Shown here in pieces: positions 53,761 to 64,000 of a stretch of DNA of 64,000 nucleotides (the stretch's first letter is position 1; every line of letters starts with the position of its first letter). The position numbers were made by a program, and so were the translations under genes. The DNA comes from Octopus vulgaris (lineage: Eukaryota): assembly GCA_951406725.2 (NCBI GenBank), contig OX597840.1, positions 19,530,001-19,594,000 on the forward strand, written 5' to 3'. The notes under the pieces are model-generated. The model was not told the origin of the DNA. It made no database searches and saw nothing but the letters and a program-made list of their open reading frames with translations.

Positions 53761-54213
53761 TCAATCCTATCATCCTAAACAGAGCACAATGGTTCGCATA
53801 TAATAAGGCCGGACTAACCCGCGATGAAATTAAGATTGTTCTAGCGGCAAGAAAATCCATCATTCAATTCGATCACAAAGCTTGAATTCGTAGGGATCGA
53901 TCAGATTGCTTCGATATCCCCATGGGATGTAGCGACTCGGCACACGTTTCAGATTTGGCATTTTCTGGTTCGTAATTGGAGTTGAGCAGGTTTTCCCTTT
54001 CTTCTCCCTTTTTGATATGTTTATAACTGTTGTGCTGAATGTATCTGCTGCCCTCTCTGCGTAACTGCAGCGTTCGCCTTGTATATACTGCAGTCGCCAT
54101 GTTTGCGGTTGTCTTCGGTTGCGTTGGAGAGACGATCAGTTAACATCCTATAAGAACTAGCAGACCAATTCCCTTATATACTCGGTGGTTTATATGTATG
54201 TTTACATTGTATG

Positions 54214-54825
54214 TTTTAAAAGAAATCTTACATTGCACAACGATGAAACAATTGTAAATGATGTACTAAAAATATTTGCTAATTGCATTATTTTATATTT
54301 GTCATTGTGTGTGTATGTGTTTGTGCGTGTGTGTGTGTTTGTGTGCATACACACACTCATAAATGCACTCCCAAACGCATACATACACACATACACACAT
54401 ATAGTTACAAATATGTTCTATTGAAGACACATGTGAACAGTGTTTTGATCGTGGCTTAAATCTTTATTACTGATTTTCCACATTTACCTTATTAGTTCTT
54501 TACAGATATGTTTATATTTTATACTTTAAAAGAAATCTTACATTGCACAACGATGAAACAATTGTAAATGATGTACTAAAAATATTTGCTAATTGCATTC
54601 TTTTATATTTGTCATTGTGTGTGTATGTGTTTGTGCGTGTGTGCGTGTTTGTGTGCATACACACACTCACAAATGCACTCCCAAAAGCATACACACACAC
54701 ATACACACATACACACACATAGTTACCAATTTGCTCTATTGAAGACACATGTGAATAGTGTTTTGGTCGTGGCTTAAATCTTTATTAATGATTTTCAACG
54801 TTTACCTTATTAGTTCTTTACGGAT
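54214..54825. repeat. Tandem duplication, about 310-bp period
   Basis: agaaatcttacattgcacaacgatgaaacaattg at 54221 and 54531. Confidence 0.95.
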
Positions 54826-55086
54826 AATTATTTTTAAAGTATTTTTTAAATTTTGGCATCGTTTTCTCTCCTTTATTTATTTATTTATTAATTAATTTTT
54901 ATTTTGTTAATTTTGTTATTTGATCGTTAAATTATTTATGTCACCCTAATTAATCAGTTCATTTATTCATTTATTCATTTATTTATTTATTTTTCCTGCT
55001 GTTTCCGAAACCAAACGAACATTCTAGAAAATTCGAGAAACTCGTAACAAGTGCCGCCATTTGTTTATTTATTTGTCTTTATTTCA

Positions 55087-55533
55087 TTTCTTCTTCTTCT
55101 TCTTCTTCTTCTTCTTCTTCTTCTTCTTCTTCTTCTTCTTCTTCTTCTTCTTCTTCTTCTTCTTCTTCTTCTTCTTCTTCTTCTCCTTCTTCTTCTTCTT
55201 CTTCTTCTCCTCCTCCTCCTCCTTCTTCTTCTTCTTCTTCTTCTTCTTCTTCTTCTCTCCTCCTCCTCCTTCTTCTTCTTCTTCTTCTTCTTCTTCTTCT
55301 TCTTCTTCTTCTTCTTCTTCTTCTTCTTCTTCTTCTTCTTCTCCTTCTCCTTCTTCTCCTTCTTCTTCTTCTTCTTCTTCTTCTTCTTCTCCTTCTTCTT
55401 CTTCTTCTTCTTCTTCTTCTTCTTCTTCTTCTTCTTCTTCTTCTTCTTCTTCTTCTTCTTCTTCTCCTCCTCCTCCTCCTCCTTCTTCTTCTCTTTCTTC
55501 TCTTTCTTCTTCTTCTTCTTCCTCTTCTTCTAC

Positions 55534-55586
<53 letters not shown>

Positions 55587-55588
55587 GT

Positions 55589-55629
<41 letters not shown>

Positions 55630-55630
55630 C
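55087..55630. repeat. (TTC/CTC)n-(TTA)n-(GTA)n compound microsatellite
   Basis: Direct reading. Confidence 0.95.
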
Positions 55631-55880
55631 TATTTTGTGGTGGTTATTTTTTTCCTTATACTTCTGAGTGCCTGGATTATGTGAGTTGCCGTTTATTACA
55701 AGGGGCGTGGAAGCATTTTCCCTATGTATTTATCTGTCGCTGTGTATGTATGTATGCATTTGTATGTGTGTATGTTTGTATGCATGTATCCATGCAAGGG
55801 CGTTTGTGTAATTGTATATATTGATATAGATATACATATATGTATGTGTATATATATATGTATATGTATGTATGTATGTG

Positions 55881-55956
<76 letters not shown>

Positions 55957-56130
55957 TGTATATATGTATGTATGCATGTATGTATGTATGTATATATGCA
56001 TGCACGTGTGTATATATATGTATGTATATTCGTCTGTATCTGTGTAGTTATGTGTGTTGATACCACTTATAAGCATGTGTTAATATGTAGCTATAGATGT
56101 GTACGCATATCTATGTTATTGCGTGTGAAT

Positions 56131-56179
<49 letters not shown>

Positions 56180-56419
56180 TGTATGTACATTAACGTCTCT
56201 GCGCGTGTGTGTATATAAGAATTGATAAGTGTCTGTGTGAAATATTCTACCACACAGCTATTAAGCCTTACCTCTCCATGCTGTGAGAATATATCTTCCA
56301 CACTAGTCGCCCAGGCGCCATTTTAAACTAGTGTTATATTTTTCAGCCATTGCTGTCACAAACCAGCGATTTAATTTCATCCAGATGGGCTTTATTAGAC
56401 GGTTGTTGTGGCTTGTTTT

Positions 56420-56478
56420 AATAATGATGATGATAAATATTGGTTGTGGTTGGTGTGGCGATGATAATAATAATAATG

Positions 56479-56543
<65 letters not shown>

Positions 56544-56604
56544 AATAATAATAATAAATAATAATAATAATAATAATAACAAGAAGAAGAATAACAACAA
56601 CAAC

Positions 56605-56649
<45 letters not shown>

Positions 56650-56716
56650 TGGTTGTGGTTGGTGTGGCGATGATGATGATGATAATAATAATAATGATAA
56701 TAATAATAATAATAAT

Positions 56717-56755
<39 letters not shown>

Positions 56756-56816
56756 AATAATAATAATAAATAATAATAATAATAATAATAACAAGAAGAA
56801 GAATAACAACAACAAC

Positions 56817-56866
<50 letters not shown>

Positions 56867-56882
56867 TGATAATAAAAATAAA

Positions 56883-56947
<65 letters not shown>

Positions 56948-56982
56948 TAATAATAATAATAATAATAATAATAATATTAATA
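56420..56982. repeat. (TAA/CAA)n compound tract with about 209-bp duplication
   Basis: ggttgtggttggtgtggcgatgat at about 56442 and 56651. Confidence 0.9.
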
Positions 56983-57510
56983 ATCGTTTCTTTATTGGCC
57001 ACCAGCCCCGAACACAGGAACAAATAGAGACAATACAAAACTAGGGAACAGTGAGGTTTAACCCGCAAAAATCGAGTAAACAATACAATTAAACAATGAA
57101 ATTCCCCAAAGGGGGACCCGAGGAACCCCACAAATCCTGGTTATCCTGATCGCCAGATACACCACAGCAAGCATCTCTCCCCTTCTCAACTTCTTCGGTA
57201 TACAAACGGAAGTTCAGAATAGACCCATTTACACGGGCCATCCTGGTCACATTCATCCACCTTTCAAAAAATATACTGGGGTGCAGCACTTCCCTCGCCA
57301 CCCACACTCTCCTTTTCATGTGGAGTTGAAAAAGTCGATAAGGGCTTGGGTGAAGAATGAATATCTGTTTTCAGCCTTTTCAATTTTGTCCACCACACTA
57401 TCTCTTTCGCTATAGCCACCATGCGGAGGAAGACTGCCTTCCCTTCACGACCAAAAGAAGGTCGCGAGGCATTCTTCACGATGGACTCAGTTGATAACCG
57501 GATCCGTCCT
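56983..57510 (-). mobile_element. Tx1/L1-like LINE 3' fragment ending in (TTA)n
   Basis: GKAVFLRMVAIAKEIVWWTKLK..HMKRRVWVAREVL..FFERWM, then 3' UTR with AATAAA and a (TTA)n tail on the minus strand. Confidence 0.6.
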
Positions 57511-58176
57511 AGATCGACAGGTTTAGGGCACACTCTAAATTTATTCAATGCTGGCATTTCTGTTTAGAAATTTCACTTATTGATGATTTGTTGATTAATC
57601 AACAAGTCACTGCTCACTTGCTTATTTGGTGGCCTGATGAGTTGGGAATTACGTAACATATTATGCAATCTAGCAAACTGCATTACGCTTATGTCGTGAT
57701 AAAGTTTCCTAATGAAACAATTGTAGCAATTCCAGATAACCCGTTCGTCTGTCTTTATTATACACACACACGCTCTGACGAAGCTATACGATGTTGTACA
57801 AGTACTCATCTCTCACTGCACTGCTTCCTATACAACTGTAAGCCAATTAATGAAGTTGATTACATGATCCCTGTTCCCTTGTCGTTCATTAATTAATATT
57901 ATGTTCTATCCACCCCTAACGTTTTACTCCAAAGCATAACTATATTAGTATCGCTACGGTTTTTAATATCGCTATGCCTCGGCGAAATCCTAAAATACGT
58001 ACATGTGTGTGCGTATATATACATACATACACTTATACATATGGTGCCTAAACAGCATTTTACACAGACACAAATATACGCCCAAAAATATACAAACTAC
58101 GGAATAAAAATAAACACACACCCAAATACACATACACACACTAGTATATCTATATATGTATGTATATATATATATC

Positions 58177-58262
<86 letters not shown>

Positions 58263-58431
58263 GCAAACACGATGAAATATGAAACAACGGGAGACGTTCG
58301 ATTTTTAAAAAAAATTGTAGCCAAAGAAATTTTTAAATTCCAACAAGTCTGTGGACAATATATATGTGTGTGTGTATTTATATATATATATATATGTGTG
58401 TGTATATATATGTATGTATATCTATCTATCT

Positions 58432-58501
<70 letters not shown>

Positions 58502-58508
58502 CTATATA

Positions 58509-58546
<38 letters not shown>

Positions 58547-59300
58547 ATATATATACATGTGTGTGTGTACGGTATATATGATGTGGACATATATATATAT
58601 GATTGTCCCTGGAGTGCAATCGCTACTCCTTTAACAGGAGTAATGGCCAGTACTCACTGGCAGTTATGAAAGATGGGATTTTTCTGAAACGGAGCTTGTG
58701 GGTGGGGGAAGGGGGAAGTTTAATGGTGGTGGTGGTGGATGCGATGATGGTGGTAGTTGTCATGAAGGTGGTGGTGGTGGCGGCATTGCTGATGATGATG
58801 GTCGTGATGGTGGTGGTTGTGATGGCGGCGGCGGTGGTTGTGGTGGTGGTGGTGTTGATGATGATGTTTGTCATAGAGGTGGTTGTGATGGTTGTGTTAG
58901 TGGTGGTGGTTGTGATCATGGTGGTGGTGATGTTGTTGGTGTTGCTGTTGTTGTTGTTGGTGGTGGTTTTGGCGGTGGAGGTTGTGGTGATGGTGGTGGT
59001 GATTGTGGTGGTGGTGATGATGATGGTGATAGTAGTGGTTGTTATAGTTTTTGTTTAACTCCAGGTCAGCCACTCACGAACGGACCTATGTTCAAAGGCG
59101 TTCCACTCGTGACGATCCCGTCTTCTTCTCATGCACCGTGAACATATCACCTCAACGCGACCACACTGTCCAAGGCATCCTTCTTTTGTAAAACGCCAAA
59201 TACAATTTGAGTGAGGTTTTACTTACTATTTCTAGCATGTGGCGTAACCACCAAGAAACTCCGTCGATATTACTGTGTTTATTGTTTATTGTTGCTGTTG

Positions 59301-59332
<32 letters not shown>

Positions 59333-59484
59333 GGTGGCGGCAGAGGGGAGGGGGGTTAATGGGTAAGTTTACAAGCACCAGTAATTACCTCCCTTTCCCG
59401 TATCCCTCTCCTACCAACTTTTCGGATCACATCTCAATTTTGATTGGTTCTTATTTAGAGTTGTGTGTCGTTCTTATCATAATC

Positions 59485-59593
59485 TCTCTCTTCCTCTCTC
59501 TCTCTCCCTCTTTTTTCTTCTTCTCTCTCTCCCTCCCTCTTTCTTTATTCCTCTCTCTTTCCCTCTCTTTTCTTCCTCTCTCTCTTTCTTCCA

Positions 59594-59647
<54 letters not shown>

Positions 59648-59926
59648 GTGTCTGTATATGTGTGTTTCTCTCCCTCTGCTTCTCTCTCGCGTTTTCTTTT
59701 TGTCTCTCTTTCCTTACTTCCTCTCCTCCTTTTCATCTCTTAATCAGCCAGTTGTACTCTAATCTTCTCCCTCTATTTTCTCTCTCCTTCTCTCTGAGTC
59801 TATGTCTGTCTGTCTGTCTGTCTCACTCTTTCTCTCTTTCTCTCCCTCTACCTCTCTCCTTCTCTCTCACCCTATCTTTCACCATCTCTCTCTGTCTGTC
59901 TGTCTGTCTCTCTCTCTGTCTGTCTG

Positions 59927-59993
<67 letters not shown>

Positions 59994-59994
59994 G

Positions 59995-60029
<35 letters not shown>

Positions 60030-60176
60030 GTCTGTCTGTCTCTCCCTTTGATGATCTCTATCTCTCCCTTTCTCCATCTCTCTCTCTCTCTCCATCTCTC
60101 TCTCTCTCTGTCGGTCTCTCCATCCATGCCTTTCTCTCTGTCGCTGTCTTCACGTCTCCGATTCTGTCTATGTTTT

Positions 60177-60227
<51 letters not shown>

Positions 60228-60617
60228 GTCGTTCTGTTTATCTCTCTTCCAACGCTTCTCTTTCCCTCTCTCTGTCTCTCCATCTCTTAATCTCTCCCTC
60301 TATCTCTCTGTCTCTCTGACTATCTCTGTCTATCTCTCTCCTTTCCTGTCGCTCTGTCTATCTCTCTTTCTGTCTGTCTGTCTGTCTCTCCCTTTGATGA
60401 TCTCTATCTCTCACTCTTCTCCATCTCTCCCTTTCTGTTTAACTCTTTGTCTCTCTGACAGCCTCTCTCTCTCTCTCTCCTTCTCTCTCGCTCAATCTCT
60501 GTCTATCTGTCCCACACTCTCTCCCTCTCTTCTCTCTTCTTACTCCCTATCTTCCTATTCTCTCAAATAGACATGTCTTGTGGACTATAATCTCCATCTC
60601 CTCTCTCACTCTGTATG

Positions 60618-60657
<40 letters not shown>

Positions 60658-60660
60658 CTT
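59485..60660. repeat. Long (CT)/(CTGT)n polypyrimidine-rich tract
   Basis: Direct reading. Confidence 0.9.
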
Positions 60661-60806
60661 CCCTATACGCTCTCTCGCCCACCGCAAACCCCTGTCCGTT
60701 CTCCACCAGACGGTAAGGTTGCGGCTCGATAATGGCGATCTTCACACGACAGACGTACATCCAGCCATGTTTACAAGAGGGCGATGATGAAATATTTGGA
60801 GGAAAT

Positions 60807-60868
<62 letters not shown>

Positions 60869-60959
60869 AAGGGAGAGAGACATAGAAACAGAGAGAGACA
60901 GTGATTGAGAGAGAGAGAGAGAGAGTGCGATAGACATACAAAAAACAGATTTTTAAAGA

Positions 60960-61260
60960 CTGTGAGTTGGCAGACAAATGCTTAACGGCATTTGATCTGT
61001 CTTTACGCTTTGAGTTCAAATTCCATCGCAGTCGACTTTGCCTTTCATCCTTTCGGGGTCGATGAAATAAGTACCAGTTGCGTACTGGGTCGATGTAATC
61101 GACTACTCCCTCCACCGCCAAATTTCAAGCGTTGCACCTATGGTAGAGAGGATTACTAACTCAAGGCAGTGAGCTGACAAAATTGTTAGCAAGCCGGATA
61201 AAATGCTTAGTGGTATTTCTTTCGGCTTTTGAGGTTCTCGGTTCAAATCCCGCCGCGGAA
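60960..61260 (+). mobile_element. Two diverged SINE family 2 copies
   Basis: gagttggcagacaaatgctt..gactttgcctttcatcctttcggggtcga; second head aggcagtgagctgacaaaattgttagc. Confidence 0.8.
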
Positions 61261-61308
61261 TCGATGGTAATTGATGTGTCTCCTTCCCAACAGAATTATC
61301 TATATATA

Positions 61309-61521
61309 GTTAATCCAAACATGAAAACACAATGAGAAAACACAACAACGTGAGGACGTGGAACAAGTATAGTGTTATTGGAGGCTTAGGAAAGAAAAAA
61401 AAGAAGGAGGGTTTAACGTTTCGAGCGGAGATCTTCGTCAGAAACATAGGAATAGGAAAGATCCAAGGAAGGGAAGACGAAGGAAAAAAATCGCCAACGA
61501 TACACACGCGGTCACATTTTG

Positions 61522-61559
<38 letters not shown>

Positions 61560-61845
61560 CGGGAAGTTTTACGAAAATAAACAAAAGACGAAGGCGCTCA
61601 GGAATAGAAATAAATATGGCGCTCAGGAATAGAAATAAAACAAGTCTTTTACGTGTTAATCCAAACATGAACAAAGAGAAAACACAACAACGTGAGGACA
61701 TGGAAGAAAAATATTGTTATTGGACGCTAAGGAAAGGAAAGAAAGGAGGAGGATTTAACGTTTCGAGCGGAGCTCTTTGTCAGAAACATAGGAAAAGGAA
61801 AGATCCAAGGAAGGGAAGACGGAGGAAGAAAATCGCCAACGATAC
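61309..61845 (-). mobile_element. Tandem pair of Penelope-like family A copies (61309-61523, 61655-61845), hammerheads at 61411-61445 and 61753-61787
   Basis: Both match 9996-10207; cores CUGACGA and CUGACAA respectively. Confidence 0.75.
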
Positions 61846-62207
61846 ATACAGAAATTGTGCGTGTGTGTGTGTGTGTGTGCGTCCGTAGGTAGGTGGATAG
61901 ATAAATAGATAGAGGGTGAGAGACAGACGGACGGACCAGAGACAAAGAGACAGAGAGACAGGCAGACAGACAAAGAGACAGATAGAGAGAGAGAGACAGA
62001 CAGACAGACACCATTAAATATCAAAGTTGTTTTTATCGTAAACCAACATCGTTGATATTGATACCATATTTCACTACATAACCTACGACCTGGTAAACTG
62101 ATATCTAATTATATATATGTATATATATATATATGTGTGTGTTAGTTGTGTGTGTATGTCTGTGTATACATGAGTGTATGTATGTATTTATGTGTATAAA
62201 TATATAT

Positions 62208-62252
<45 letters not shown>

Positions 62253-62327
62253 TACATACATAAATATATATATATAGATATTATATACATACATAACATA
62301 CACACACACATATATATATGCACATAT

Positions 62328-62388
<61 letters not shown>

Positions 62389-63204
62389 TGTATGTATATA
62401 TGCATGTGTGTGTGTGTATATATACATCTTGTAGGAATAAGCAATAAAACAAAACTTAATACAGCACTATATATGTTACTTAATAGATCTTATGACGATA
62501 TCACGAGGATTAAATATATATATATATATACATACATATATATATATATTTATGTTTATATTTATGTCCTCGTAAATATAATGTGTATATACATTACACA
62601 AGTACTGTTGAGTCAAAGAGCTGCTTTGAGTCTGCGCATATGTCATGTGAATATGCTGCGTGCGGTTGCATATGTATATGTATGTGTCTGTACCCGTTTG
62701 TGTGTCTGTATAAATATACACACATGCAAGCACATACACACACACATATATATATGTATACACACAAACGCATACACACATATATCTATACACACAAACA
62801 CACACACACACACACATATATATCCACACAAACACACACATATATATATATATACACAAACACACACATACACACATAACACACATATATATATATACAC
62901 ACAAACACACACATATATATATATATACACAAACACACACACACATACATATATATATATACACAAACACACACATACACACACACACATATATATATAT
63001 ATACACAAACACACACATACACACACACACACATATATATATATACACACAAACACACACACACACATATATATATACACAAACACACACACATACATAT
63101 ATATATATATACACAAACACACACATACACACACACACATATATATATACATACACAAACACACACACACACACACACATATATACACACACAAACACAC
63201 ACAT

Positions 63205-63235
<31 letters not shown>

Positions 63236-63442
63236 CACAAACATATATATATATATATATATACACAAACATACATATATATATATATACATGTACATAT
63301 ACATATATATTTTTTCATATACATACACATATATATGTATAAGTATATATTTATATATATGTATATATATATATACACACATATATACATATATATATTA
63401 TACATATACATACATATATATATATAAATGTATAAGTATATA

Positions 63443-63548
<106 letters not shown>

Positions 63549-63900
63549 GATTTGTCGCTTTAATAAATTTTAACTACAACGGCACGACTAATAACGGTAA
63601 TAAAAAAAAGAAATTAAGTGAATATAAAAAACAATAAAATATAATAAGAAAAGAATAAAATAACAAAAAATAACAAAAATAATAATAATAACAGGATAAA
63701 AATGGCTGAAGCGGGGACACGATAACCTGCAACTCAAAACACACAGCTGCAGAGAGGAATAATGTGTGTGTGTGTGTGTGTGTGTGTCTGTGTGTCTGAA
63801 TGAGTGTGTGTGTTTATATATATAAATGCACGCGCTTTAAAAGTTATAAATGTATGTAATATGGAGCGTGAGAATAAAGCTGGAATTCCCAATGACAGTA

Positions 63901-63932
<32 letters not shown>

Positions 63933-63951
63933 CATATGTATATATATATAT

Positions 63952-64000
<49 letters not shown>

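Overview
Eukaryotic, apparently gene-free (intergenic or deep intronic) DNA. It is dominated by microsatellites ((TA)n, (CA)n, (TACA)n, (CCA)n, (CAT)n, (TTC)n, (ATTTT)n) and transposon debris, and the SINE families and repeat density resemble an octopus/cephalopod genome (inference). Almost all ORFs in the track are translations of simple repeats, and I found no host protein-coding exon I can support. Recognisable elements are three tRNA-derived SINE families, 3' fragments of CR1, RTE, R4/Dong-like (RLE) and Tx1/L1-like LINEs, a Penelope-like RT fragment, Tc1/mariner and pogo/Tc2 remnants, a hAT MITE and a TTAA-flanked piggyBac-type MITE. The most interesting signal is a set of short, (TA)n-associated, often inverted-repeat-forming elements carrying minimal type I hammerhead ribozyme folds. 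Their catalytic cores show three different 3-8 pairings: canonical C3-G8, G3-C8 and U3-A8. A second highlight is a pentameric head-to-tail SINE concatemer inside a single 16-bp target-site duplication. All folds and translations were read by eye and are untested.
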